A stretch of 64,000 bases of DNA from Gammaproteobacteria bacterium (GCA_965209035.1 OZ242372.1:448001-512000), one strand, 5' to 3'. Numbered from the stretch's first letter, positions 9,417 through 18,708 are shown. Made by a program: numbers and translations. The notes: a model not told the origin generated them from the sequence alone.

Positions 9417-10214
9417 TTACTTGCGTTTGGATTTGCGCTCGGGTTTGGGTTCGTATTTGTCTATATCATTGATATCCCAATGATTCTCCTTGAAAAACTG
9501 ATTACGCAGATACAGACCGGCCAACAGATGCACCGACTGCACAGTGCCCACCGCTTTGATTATTTTCTGCGTCTCTTCGGTTGCCGATATATTCCTTTCA
9601 ACAAAAGCGTAGATCGCTTCCGCTATTTGATAAAGATCGCCTTGCTCTTCTTGTTCCGGGTTAAGTTTGCTTAGCTCTCTATTCCATTCTTCCCGATGAT
9701 CGTCCACATATTCCATCAGCCCGCTACTTTCCAGTATCGCTTCACCGATGTCGGTCATGTTGAGAGGAGATGCTTTTTGAGAATATAAAGCGCGTTCTTC
9801 TTCAACCGAATCTCTCTTTACTATGTTTCCCAAAACAGTAAGAATTTTTATGGTATCACGATGCATATCTTCTTTTAATTCTGTTTTAACTTCTTTCATC
9901 CCCCCTTTTAACTCTGTTTTAACTTCTTTGATCTCTTCTTTTAATTCTGTTTTAGTCTCTTGTTGGCTGATTTCCAACCGTTTGATACCTTGATATATTG
10001 AAATGAACGCATATTCGCCAATTAAACCGATCACAAGTGATAACAGAAATATCAAAATGATGACAAACCAATTGCTTTCTGCAATTTGCCCGTATGTAAT
10101 CGCTGTGTCGTAAACAGTCAGAGTGGACAAAACGGAAAATACAATAAGCCCCAATGCTGCCGTGAATTTTGCACGACCGCTTAATTTGAGATGCCTCTGT
10201 TTATTCATCGGCAA
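9417..10214 (-). CDS. Hypothetical membrane protein, 2 TM plus 11-aa coiled-coil repeats (copy 1)
   Basis: Two N-terminal hydrophobic helices, KTELKEEIKEV-type repeats and a soluble C-terminal domain; paralog of 10436-11266. Confidence 0.8.
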   Translation of the reverse strand: MPMNKQRHLKLSGRAKFTAALGLIVFSVLSTLTVYDTAITYGQIAESNWFVIILIFLLSLVIGLIGEYAFISIYQGIKRLEISQQETKTELKEEIKEVKTELKGGMKEVKTELKEDMHRDTIKILTVLGNIVKRDSVEEERALYSQKASPLNMTDIGEAILESSGLMEYVDDHREEWNRELSKLNPEQEEQGDLYQIAEAIYAFVERNISATEETQKIIKAVGTVQSVHLLAGLYLRNQFFKENHWDINDIDKYEPKPERKSKRK

Positions 10215-10348
10215 TGACTTCTCCGACTCCTCCCCCTCCCCAAATGAATAAAATAGTAACCTCCCGAATTTGTTATGATGTTTCTCTTTTCAATAAACTG
10301 CATTGCCATAACGATATTTTACCGCAAAATCTTTTAGAAATTTTATCA

Positions 10349-10394
10349 TCTATAATCCCAAACTCAGCGTCCGGAACCTTTCTGAGATTATGCA
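10349..10394. mobile_element. 46-bp miniature element built from IS481-like ends (copy 1)
   Basis: TCTATAATCCCA...TGAGATTATGCA imperfect terminal inverted repeats. The body resembles the IS end at 12656-12700. Confidence 0.6.
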
Positions 10395-10435
10395 TCGCGC
10401 GCTCTTACTTTTTTTAATATTTATTTTTTTTAATG

Positions 10436-11266
10436 CTACTTGCGTTTGGATTTGCGCTCGGGTTTGGGTTCGTATTTGTCTATATCATTGATATCCCAAT
10501 TGTTCTCCTGGAAAAACTGATTACGCAGATACAGACCGGCCAACAGATGCACCGACTGCACAGTGCCCACCGCTTTGATTATTTTCTGCGTCTCTTCGGT
10601 TGCCGATATATTCTTCTCAACAAAAGCGTAGATCGCTTCCGCTATTTGATAAAGATCGACTTGCTCTTCTTGTTCCGGGTTGAGTTTGCTTAGATCTCTA
10701 TTCCATTCTTCCCGATGCTCGTCCACATATTCCATCAGCCCGCTACTTTCCAGTATCGCTTCTCCAATGTCGGTCATGTTGAGAGGAGATGCTTTTTGAG
10801 AATATAAAGCGCGTTGTTCTTCAACCGAATCTCTCTTTGCCATGTTTCCCAAAACAGTGAGAATTTTTACGGTATCACGATGCATATCTTCTCTTAAATC
10901 TGTTTTAACTTCTTTTATCTCCCCTCTTAAATCTGTTTTAACTTCTTTTATCTCCCCTCTTAAATCTATTTTAACTTCTTTCATCTCTTCTTTTAATTCT
11001 GTTTTGAGCTCTTGTTGGCTGATTTCCAACCGTTTGATACCTTGATATATTGAAATGAACGCATATTCACCAATTAAACCGATCACAAGTGATAACAGAA
11101 ATATCAAAATGATGACAAACCAATTGCTTTCTGCAATTTGCCCGTATGTAATCGCTGTGTCGTAAACAGTCAGAGTGGACAAAACGGAAAATACAATAAG
11201 CCCCAATGCTGCCGTGAATTTTGCACGACCGCTTAATTTGAGATGCCTCTGTTTATTCATCGGCAA
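10436..11266 (-). CDS. Hypothetical membrane protein, 2 TM plus 11-aa coiled-coil repeats (copy 2, one extra repeat)
   Basis: Same protein as 9417-10214 with an additional 33-bp unit. Start placed at the position equivalent to copy 1. Confidence 0.8.
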   Translation of the reverse strand: MPMNKQRHLKLSGRAKFTAALGLIVFSVLSTLTVYDTAITYGQIAESNWFVIILIFLLSLVIGLIGEYAFISIYQGIKRLEISQQELKTELKEEMKEVKIDLRGEIKEVKTDLRGEIKEVKTDLREDMHRDTVKILTVLGNMAKRDSVEEQRALYSQKASPLNMTDIGEAILESSGLMEYVDEHREEWNRDLSKLNPEQEEQVDLYQIAEAIYAFVEKNISATEETQKIIKAVGTVQSVHLLAGLYLRNQFFQENNWDINDIDKYEPKPERKSKRK

Positions 11267-11341
11267 TGACTTCTCCGACTCCTCCCCCTCCCCAAATGAA
11301 TAAAACAATACCCTCCCGCATTTATTATGATGTTTCTCTTT

Positions 11342-12436
11342 TCAATAAACTGCATTGCCATAACGATATTTTACCACAAAATCTTTTAGAAATTTTATCA
11401 TTGTATGATCCCACCCATTTCTGGACTTTTGTTGTTTTTGCAAAAACTGGATTGGCGAGAGTTGTTTGAGAGCATAATGGGGACGTTCCAGATTATACCA
11501 AGCCAACCACTCGATGAGTTTGGCGTTGAATGCCGGCATATCCTTAACCAAGAGATGCCGCATATGACAACCGAACTCTTCCCAGAGAGTGCGATTAAAC
11601 CGTTCGCAGTGTGCATTCATTTGCGGTTTCCTTGGATAGGTATACCAGTGGGTGCTGCCGTTTGCGGTCACGACCCGGTGAAAGTCTTTGGCGAACTCAC
11701 TGCCATTATCGGTGAGGACTTTTTCGATCCGAGTGCCGAGTATGTTTTGCATGGCGGTAAAGAGCCGGGCGGAACTGGCCGAAGCAGCGGAGGTGTCGAC
11801 ACTGACCAGTGAGAAGCGGGAAAATAGGTCAATGCCGACATGCCAATAAAAGCGCCGGCCATCGACGATGCGGACGAGCGTATCAAAGGCAACACATTCA
11901 CCTCTCCGGCCCGCAACAAAGCGGGTGTCCTTGCGCTCGCGCGGAGCACCATGCCGCGGGCGTTTCGGCACGGACCGCGATGGTTTGCACCGCATCTTAT
12001 CCGGGTCATCGGCAATGATGCGAGAGAGCGTTGATTGGCTGGGCAGCGGCAGCCCGCGCTGCTGACACCATTCGGGTAACAAGCAGACCAGTTTACCGGC
12101 ACCGATGTTCGGACGCTGTTGTCGCCAAGATCGGATCTTGGTAATCAGTGCCGGTGGCCAGGTGTTGGACCGCTTGGGCTGATACCCATAGTTGTTCGCC
12201 AGTTCATCGACCCCGCCTTCACGGAAACGCCGCTGCCACTCGTAGAATGTAGCACGACTGATCCTGGTATGATCCAACGCGGCCGCGACACCATGTTTGC
12301 GCGCGAACGCCAAGGTGTCCAGTTTTATTTTGGTGGTTTTAGACATGTTTAAATATTGATTTGCTAAAACCACCATTTTATTGAAACCGCGCACGCGATA
12401 ACCAATGTAGCGTAAACGTGTCCCTCTCATTTCCAA
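11342..12436 (-). CDS. DDE (rve) transposase, IS481 family
   Basis: N-terminal HTH (ISRATFYEWQRRF), VAFDT, VLTDNGSEF, PQMNAHCERFNRT and YNLERPH in a single ORF. The true start may be a downstream ATG. Confidence 0.9.
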   Translation of the reverse strand: MEMRGTRLRYIGYRVRGFNKMVVLANQYLNMSKTTKIKLDTLAFARKHGVAAALDHTRISRATFYEWQRRFREGGVDELANNYGYQPKRSNTWPPALITKIRSWRQQRPNIGAGKLVCLLPEWCQQRGLPLPSQSTLSRIIADDPDKMRCKPSRSVPKRPRHGAPRERKDTRFVAGRRGECVAFDTLVRIVDGRRFYWHVGIDLFSRFSLVSVDTSAASASSARLFTAMQNILGTRIEKVLTDNGSEFAKDFHRVVTANGSTHWYTYPRKPQMNAHCERFNRTLWEEFGCHMRHLLVKDMPAFNAKLIEWLAWYNLERPHYALKQLSPIQFLQKQQKSRNGWDHTMIKFLKDFVVKYRYGNAVY

Positions 12437-12700
12437 TGTGCAGTCCGGCTGCCCTCACAAACCGTACCGTCTCGCCAGCGGATACACCTAGACAGTTTTA
12501 TCAACAACAAGCCTCCGCTGTCTGCGGCGGTGAGAGCAAAACAGCTATCCGTCCTTCTTGCCCGTTTCATTCATCTAGCTCCACATACCGAAGGCCCGTT
12601 GCCGGATCTATTTTCGACCCGTCCGACAGAACCTCCGGCCGCTTGATCTGAGGACGCACAATGCCGAACTCAGAGTCCAGAACCTTTATGAGATCATGCA
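11402..12700 (-). mobile_element. IS481-family insertion sequence, 1299 bp, 5-bp target duplication ATCAT
   Basis: Imperfect IRs TGTATGATCCCA..TTCTGGACT and TGCATGATCTCA..TTCTGGACT. ATCAT occurs at 11397-11401 and 12701-12705. The empty site is preserved in the paralogous unit at 10345-10349. Confidence 0.88.
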
Positions 12701-12704
12701 ATCA

Positions 12705-12750
12705 TCTATAATCCCAAACTCAGCGTCCGGAACCTTTATGAGACTATGCA
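12705..12750. mobile_element. 46-bp miniature element built from IS481-like ends (copy 2)
   Basis: TCTATAATCCCAAACTCAGCGTCCGGAACCTTTATGAGACTATGCA; 2 differences from copy 1; abuts the IS. Confidence 0.6.
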
Positions 12751-12835
12751 CTTGGCGTAAACAAAAAACTTAAAATATTGACAAGATGATACAGACATTG
12801 CCGCCCTTTATTTTTTTCCTATAAAATATCCAAGT

Positions 12836-13435
12836 ATGAACAGAAAAAATCTTGCGCGCACCGCACGCATATCTCGGAAAACTGCGGAAACCGAGATCCT
12901 TCTAAAACTGAATGCGGACGGCAGCGGCGAAACGCAGTTTGCCACAGGCATCCCTTTTTTGGAGCATCTGCTGCACCAACTGGCAAGGCATGGTGGCTTG
13001 GATTTGGAGATTTCTTGCAAGGGAGATTTGGAGATAGACGCGCATCACAGCACGGAAGACATAGGTATTGTGATGGGGCAGGCACTGGCACAGATTCTCA
13101 CCGACAAGACGGGTATTACCCGATACGGCTATGCTTATGCTCCTCTTGACGAGGCATTGTCGCGTGCGGTGGCGGACCTGTCCGGCCGGCCGGGCTTATT
13201 TTTACGCGTTGATTGGACGGCGGAGCGCATCGGAGTTTTCGACACCCAACTGGTACGAGAATTCTTTCAGGGAATGGTCAATCATGCCGGGATCACCTTA
13301 CATCTGGATTGCTTGACCGGTATTAACTGCCATCACCAAGCGGAAAGTCTTTTCAAGGCATTTGCTCTGGCATTGAAGCAGGCACTGCACCGCGGCGATG
13401 GGAAAGACATCCCATCCACAAAAGGGGTTCTTTAA
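12836..13435 (+). CDS. hisB: Imidazoleglycerol-phosphate dehydratase
   Basis: RKTAET, GDLEIDAHHSTED, PLDEAL, NCHHQAE and IPSTKGVL motifs. Confidence 0.96.
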   Translation: MNRKNLARTARISRKTAETEILLKLNADGSGETQFATGIPFLEHLLHQLARHGGLDLEISCKGDLEIDAHHSTEDIGIVMGQALAQILTDKTGITRYGYAYAPLDEALSRAVADLSGRPGLFLRVDWTAERIGVFDTQLVREFFQGMVNHAGITLHLDCLTGINCHHQAESLFKAFALALKQALHRGDGKDIPSTKGVL

Positions 13436-13478
13436 GCAACCCAACGAGCAACTTAAAGAACTACCAACAACCGGACAA

Positions 13479-14276
13479 ATGGCATTTTTGGAAATTCGTA
13501 ACCTGACTTTTCGTCGCGGCGAGCGCAATATTTTTGACGACGCAAATCTTGAGATTCCGCGCGGTAAGATCATCGGTATTATGGGACCCAGCGGCTCGGG
13601 CAAGACGACCTTGCTGCGCCTCATAGGCGGGCAACTGAAACCGCACGGCGGCGAGATTATTCTGGACGGCAAGAATGTGCACAAACTACAACGCAACGAA
13701 CTGTTTGCCTTTCGCCGCAACATTGGTTTGTTGTTTCAGAGCGGCGCCCTCTTCACGGATTTGAATGTGTTTCAAAATGTCGCGTTTCCGCTGCGGCTGC
13801 ATACCAAACTGCCAAAGGATATGATCCGCGATATTGTGATGCTGAAATTGGAATGTGTGGGATTACGCGGCAGTCATCAATTAATGCCGAGCGAACTGTC
13901 CGGCGGGATGACACGACGAGTGGCTTTGGCAAGGGCCATCGCCCTGGACCCGCAACTTCTGATGTATGACGAGCCGTTTGCCGGGCAGGATCCGATTGGA
14001 GTGGGCGTTCTTCTTGCTTTGATAAAAACATTGAACACCAACACCGGCTCAACCTCGTTGGTCGTTTCGCATGATATGCATGAAACTTTAAGTATTGCCG
14101 ATTATGTTTTTGTTCTCGCCGATGGTAAGGTCATCGGCAGAGGAGACCCGGAGAGCCTCTTAAAAGATAAATCACCCTTTGTTCGCCAATTCATGCACGG
14201 CAAGAAAGACGGCCCGGTTGCGTTTCATTACCCGGCTCCGCCGCTTCGCCGGGAACTCGGGCTGGCACCGGAATAA
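13479..14276 (+). CDS. mlaF: Phospholipid ABC transporter ATPase MlaF
   Basis: GPSGSGKT, LFQSGALF, ELSGGM, YDEPFAGQDP and DGPVAFHYPA. ATG start at 13479. Confidence 0.94.
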   Translation: MAFLEIRNLTFRRGERNIFDDANLEIPRGKIIGIMGPSGSGKTTLLRLIGGQLKPHGGEIILDGKNVHKLQRNELFAFRRNIGLLFQSGALFTDLNVFQNVAFPLRLHTKLPKDMIRDIVMLKLECVGLRGSHQLMPSELSGGMTRRVALARAIALDPQLLMYDEPFAGQDPIGVGVLLALIKTLNTNTGSTSLVVSHDMHETLSIADYVFVLADGKVIGRGDPESLLKDKSPFVRQFMHGKKDGPVAFHYPAPPLRRELGLAPE

Positions 14277-14293
14277 GAAACCGCGATTTTACT

Positions 14294-15097
14294 TTGCGCA
14301 AAAATACCAATTTTTTCGTTCGCAGCTTGACACGCCTGGGAGCCTATGGCATTTCGTATGTCGCCGCTTGCGGCAGGTCCGGTCTCATTCTGTTTTTTGC
14401 ATTATTTGTTTTACCGCAAAGAAAAGCGGCTTATCATCTGTTCATACGAGAAATCTATAAAATGGGTGTTCTTTCCCTGTCCATTATTATCGTTTCCGGC
14501 ACATTCATAGGGATGGTTTTGGCATTACAGGGCTACACGATTCTCAGCGATTTTGGCAGCGAATCGGCGGTGGGTCAGTTAATCTCCCTGTCGCTCTTGC
14601 GCGAACTGGGTCCCGTGGTGACCGCGTTGTTATTTGCCGGCAGGGCCGGTTCGGCTGTGACCGCCGAGATTTCGTTAATGAATACGACCGAGCAGCTATC
14701 CGGTATGGAGATGATGGGAGTTGATCCGCTGCGACATGTGGTCGCCCCGCGATTATGGGCGGGCTTTGTTTCCTTGCCTTTGCTCACCCTTGTGTTTAAC
14801 CTGGTTGGCATCTGGGCGGGCGCCTATGTCACCGTGGAATGGCTCGGGGTTTACAGCGGCTCCTACTGGGGGAACATGCAAGCGGCCGTAGATTTTAATA
14901 ATGATGTACTAAACGGGGTCATCAAGTCTTTGGTGTTTGCTTTTGTGGTAACCTGGATTGCGGTGTTTCAGGGCTATAATTCGGCTCCGACTGCGGAGGG
15001 TGTGGGAAGTTCCACGACCAAGACCGTTGTGTATTCGTCTTTGGCGATCTTGGGATTGGATTTGATCCTGACCGCCGTGATGTTTGGAGATTTTTAA
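14294..15097 (+). CDS. mlaE: Phospholipid ABC transporter permease MlaE
   Basis: LLRELGPVVTALLFAGRAGSA motif; operon context. Confidence 0.95.
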   Translation: MRKNTNFFVRSLTRLGAYGISYVAACGRSGLILFFALFVLPQRKAAYHLFIREIYKMGVLSLSIIIVSGTFIGMVLALQGYTILSDFGSESAVGQLISLSLLRELGPVVTALLFAGRAGSAVTAEISLMNTTEQLSGMEMMGVDPLRHVVAPRLWAGFVSLPLLTLVFNLVGIWAGAYVTVEWLGVYSGSYWGNMQAAVDFNNDVLNGVIKSLVFAFVVTWIAVFQGYNSAPTAEGVGSSTTKTVVYSSLAILGLDLILTAVMFGDF

Positions 15098-15133
15098 ACT
15101 CGGTTACTGACAACTTATATAAAATAAAAAATC

Positions 15134-15598
15134 ATGGAAAGAAACTACAAATTGGAACTCATCGTTGGCGTGTTTTTGATATGCGGCATCCTGGCTCTGG
15201 CTGCGCTTGCAATTCAGGCCAGCGGTCTCAGCGTTAAAAATTACGCCGGCAACTATTACTATCTTTATGCTCGTTTTGACAATATCTCCGGCCTGACCAA
15301 TCGTGCCAAGGTCACCATGGCGGGTGTCAATATCGGTAAGGTGGACAGCATTACATTGGATAAGGAATATGAGTCGGCTCTGGTGCGAGTACGCATTAAC
15401 GAGGATGTCAATTTTCTGACGACCGATACTTCGGCTGTCATTCTCACATCCGGCTTGCTGGGAGAACGATATATTGAACTTACTTCGGGGGCGGACGAGG
15501 AGATCCTACAAGACGGCGATTTCTTGGAACTGACGCAATCGGCACTTGTTCTCGAAAACTTGATTGGCAGATTTTTATTTCAGAAAGGACAAGAATGA
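15134..15598 (+). CDS. mlaD: MCE-domain protein MlaD
   Basis: N-terminal TM, FDNISGL, TSGLLGERYI and TQSALVLENLIG. Confidence 0.94.
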   Translation: MERNYKLELIVGVFLICGILALAALAIQASGLSVKNYAGNYYYLYARFDNISGLTNRAKVTMAGVNIGKVDSITLDKEYESALVRVRINEDVNFLTTDTSAVILTSGLLGERYIELTSGADEEILQDGDFLELTQSALVLENLIGRFLFQKGQE

Positions 15599-16242
15599 AG
15601 GCCATCTCAAAAATGTTACCGCACTGTCGTTTAATCGCCCTGCTCTTTCTCATCGGTCTGCCCGCGCCGGGAAATGCGACCGAAGAACCGGAATCTGTGA
15701 TTCAAAAAGCGGCAACAGACCTGATAGAAATTTTTAAGACACAGCCGATTACGGGCGGCAAAGAGCAGATTAAGCAAATCGTGGACGAGGTTCTTTCGCC
15801 GGTCATTGATTTTCGCCGCATCGCCTACCGCAGTATGGGGAAATACTACAAGAGAGCAAGTCCGCAGCAATTTTTGGCATTCACCGAAGCGGTTCAGATT
15901 AGTTTGATCAACACCTACAGCGGACCTCTTTTGGAAAGTGATGCCCAAGAATTGGCAAAAAAACTGTCGGTAGAAATTTATAGGTCAAAAACGATAGAAG
16001 GCCGAAGCCGGCGCAAGATTGTTTCTACTTGGCTCAAGGTCGGTTCCACGGAAAAATACGATGTGGTTTACTATATGTACCTGAACACCAAAAAAGAACT
16101 TTGGTTGGTGGAAAATGTGAGTGTGGAAGGAATAGACATCGGGATTAACTTTCGCAATCAATATCAACGCCTAATCAGTGAAAATCGGGGAGATCTGGAT
16201 AAGGTAACTGAGATCTGGGCAAAATCCAAAATAGAAGGGTAA
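15595..16242 (+). CDS. mlaC: Periplasmic phospholipid-binding protein MlaC
   Basis: Signal peptide and W...NV.VEGI...NFRNQ motif; operon position. Confidence 0.88.
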   Translation: MKAISKMLPHCRLIALLFLIGLPAPGNATEEPESVIQKAATDLIEIFKTQPITGGKEQIKQIVDEVLSPVIDFRRIAYRSMGKYYKRASPQQFLAFTEAVQISLINTYSGPLLESDAQELAKKLSVEIYRSKTIEGRSRRKIVSTWLKVGSTEKYDVVYYMYLNTKKELWLVENVSVEGIDIGINFRNQYQRLISENRGDLDKVTEIWAKSKIEG

Positions 16243-16254
16243 GAAATACATAGT

Positions 16255-16578
16255 ATGTGTTTCTCATCCAAAAACGGCGTGATACGGCTGAGCGGGTCTC
16301 TGACGCCGGATAATGTGATCACGGTGCGGCAAAAGGGAGAGGCTTATATCGCCGAACATGCCGAAAAAAATCTGACTCCAATTCGTTTGGATCTTAACGA
16401 ACTAAAAACCACTTCCACTCTGTCCATCTCCTTGCTGTTCTGTTGGCTAAGATCCGCAAAAAAACACGGTGTCCGCCTGCACTTGCCGGAACAACCCATC
16501 AAGTTAAAGAGTTTGGCGGATATGCATAACATCTCTTCTATTTTTAATGACTTACAAAAAACAGATAACACCAAATGA
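16255..16578 (+). CDS. mlaB: STAS-domain protein MlaB
   Basis: 107 aa with LSGSL and SLLFCWLR; follows mlaC. Confidence 0.78.
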   Translation: MCFSSKNGVIRLSGSLTPDNVITVRQKGEAYIAEHAEKNLTPIRLDLNELKTTSTLSISLLFCWLRSAKKHGVRLHLPEQPIKLKSLADMHNISSIFNDLQKTDNTK

Positions 16579-16823
16579 CAGAAGCCGGCCCCAAGAGTGA
16601 GATAAAAAGACGACTGAGTGAAGCGTTCGACACAACCGAGATTTTGGTGGAAGAAGAACAGGGAAAATATGTGATCACGGTAATTGCCGAAATATTTGAA
16701 GGAATGAAACCGGTGGAGCGGCAACAGACAGTTTATGCCCCCCTTACCCCGCTGATTTCCGGCGGAGTCGTTCATGCGGTGACAATACGCGCCTATACGC
16801 GAGAAGAATGGAAAAACTCCTAG
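16575..16823 (+). CDS. ibaG: BolA/IbaG family protein
   Basis: FEGM..V.RQQ.VY and G.VHA motifs; canonical position between mlaB and murA. Confidence 0.85.
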   Translation: MTEAGPKSEIKRRLSEAFDTTEILVEEEQGKYVITVIAEIFEGMKPVERQQTVYAPLTPLISGGVVHAVTIRAYTREEWKNS

Positions 16824-18070
16824 TCGCCGGCGGCACCAGATTGGAAGGCGAGATTACTATCTCGGGTGCCAAAAATTCTTCTTTGCCGATTCTCATCGCA
16901 AGTATTCTTACCGAAGGGAAATTGGAACTGCACAACACTCCGCATCTTCAGGATGTCACCACACTGATTTCGTTATTACGAACTCTAAATGTTTCTTTTA
17001 CCATGCACGACAGTATGGTGTTGTCCTTGGAAGGAAATCAAATTGACCGTTTTGTCGCGCCCTATGATCTTGTAAGCACAATGCGCGCTTCGATTATGGT
17101 CTTGGGTCCTCTGTTGGCAAGATTTGGAAAAGCACATGTTTCCTTACCCGGAGGATGTGCCATCGGCAGCAGGCCCATTGATATTCATCTGAACGCTCTA
17201 AAAAAAATGGGCGCACTCTGTGAAATCAGTAACGGTTATATTCATTGCTCCGCACCAAAAGGACTGCGAGGCGCAACCATTAAGTTTCCCAAGATTACCG
17301 TCACTGGCACCGAGAATATTATGATGGCGGCAACTCTTGCCAAGGGGATTACCGTTCTCAAAAACTGTGCCAGAGAGCCCGAAATTGTGGATCTGGCAAA
17401 TTGTTTGAATAAAATGGGGGCAAACATTCGCGGCCAAGGCGCAGATACCATCCGCATAGACGGTGTCAAAAAATTACACGGAACACAACATCATATCATC
17501 CCGGATCGCATAGAAACGGGGACCTATATGATCGCGACTGCCATCACAGGCGGACATATTAAACTAAAAGAGGTTGAAAGCGAACACATGAGCAGCATCA
17601 TTGAAAAATTGCGGGAAGCCGGTGCCAAAATACACTATGACAAGAATTGGATAGAACTTGAAATGAAAAAAGACAAACAGCGGGCGGTCGATATACAAAC
17701 CGCTCCTTATCCGGATTTTCCGACCGATGTGCAGGCACAATTTATCGCATTTAATTCGGTGGCAAAAGGTACAAGCCGTGTTACAGAGACGGTGTTTGAA
17801 AATCGTTTCATGCATGTGGAAGAAATGCGACGCATGGGGGCAAAAATTGAAATTCAACATAATGTGGCACTGGTGGACGGCGGGCAAACACTTTCCGGGA
17901 CTCAGGTGATGGCTTCCGACTTACGCGCGTCCGCAAGTTTAATTATCTCGGCCTTGGCAGCCGAGGGTGAAAGCATCATCAACCGTATCTATCATATTGA
18001 CCGAGGTTACGAACGCATAGAAGAAAAACTGCAAAAATTGGGTGCCCATATTCGGCGACTTTCACACTGA
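16808..18070 (+). CDS. murA: UDP-N-acetylglucosamine 1-carboxyvinyltransferase
   Basis: ISGAKN, LPGGCAIGSRP, FENRFMH and HIDRGYE motifs. Confidence 0.97.
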   Translation: MEKLLVAGGTRLEGEITISGAKNSSLPILIASILTEGKLELHNTPHLQDVTTLISLLRTLNVSFTMHDSMVLSLEGNQIDRFVAPYDLVSTMRASIMVLGPLLARFGKAHVSLPGGCAIGSRPIDIHLNALKKMGALCEISNGYIHCSAPKGLRGATIKFPKITVTGTENIMMAATLAKGITVLKNCAREPEIVDLANCLNKMGANIRGQGADTIRIDGVKKLHGTQHHIIPDRIETGTYMIATAITGGHIKLKEVESEHMSSIIEKLREAGAKIHYDKNWIELEMKKDKQRAVDIQTAPYPDFPTDVQAQFIAFNSVAKGTSRVTETVFENRFMHVEEMRRMGAKIEIQHNVALVDGGQTLSGTQVMASDLRASASLIISALAAEGESIINRIYHIDRGYERIEEKLQKLGAHIRRLSH

Positions 18071-18075
18071 CGCGG

Positions 18076-18708
18076 ATGCTGACGCTAACCATTCCCAAGG
18101 GCCGTATGCTGGAAAATTCTCTGCAACTTCTGGCGAATGCCAGCCTCATAGACAAAAGTGAGTTCACGAAAAACAGCCGCAAATTATTCTTTGATACAAA
18201 CAAAGGATTGCGTCTCTTGATGATACGCAATACGGATATTTTGTCCTATGTTCTCAATAATGTTGCCGACCTCGCGTTCATTGGCTCGGATACGATCATG
18301 GAAAACGGGCTTGCGGACGAGTATTATGACTATATGGGACTAAACTTTGGAAAATGCAAACTGATGACGGCTGCCGCCGAACACAAAAAAAAGAATAACG
18401 ACCGTATTCGTATTAAGGTGGCAACCAAGTATGTCAATATTGCAAGAAATTTTTACGCCTCCAAAGAAATTCAAGCGGACATTATCAAAGTGCGGGGATC
18501 CGTAGAACTTGCGGCCATCACCGGTTTGGCGGATGAAATCGTGGATATAGTGGATACGGGCAAAACCCTGCAAGAAAACAATCTTTTCCCGCTTGAGACA
18601 ATCGCGGATGTGTCCATGCGTTTGATCATTAATAAGGGATCCTTTAAGAGGCGGTGGAGCGACATAGATCCCGTTGTTACCAACATCAGTGCCGTCGTAA
18701 CCTCGTAA
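18076..18708 (+). CDS. hisG: ATP phosphoribosyltransferase, short form
   Basis: PKGR, VATKY, GSVELA and IVDTGKTLQEN. At 210 aa it lacks the regulatory domain (HisZ-dependent type). Confidence 0.93.
   Translation: MLTLTIPKGRMLENSLQLLANASLIDKSEFTKNSRKLFFDTNKGLRLLMIRNTDILSYVLNNVADLAFIGSDTIMENGLADEYYDYMGLNFGKCKLMTAAAEHKKKNNDRIRIKVATKYVNIARNFYASKEIQADIIKVRGSVELAAITGLADEIVDIVDTGKTLQENNLFPLETIADVSMRLIINKGSFKRRWSDIDPVVTNISAVVTS

Larger units (their letters stand above)
9383..12750. repeat. Tandem ~1.0-kb duplication (unit 1 9383-10394; unit 2 10395-12750, interrupted by an IS)
   Basis: Near-identical gene and upstream region. Both units start TCGCGCGCTCTTA and end TGAGAyTATGCA. Confidence 0.92.

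Noticed and set aside
10349-10394. Integron attC site
   Set aside because: No RYYYAAC/GTTRRRY core sites and no integrase. Similarity to the IS ends explains it better.
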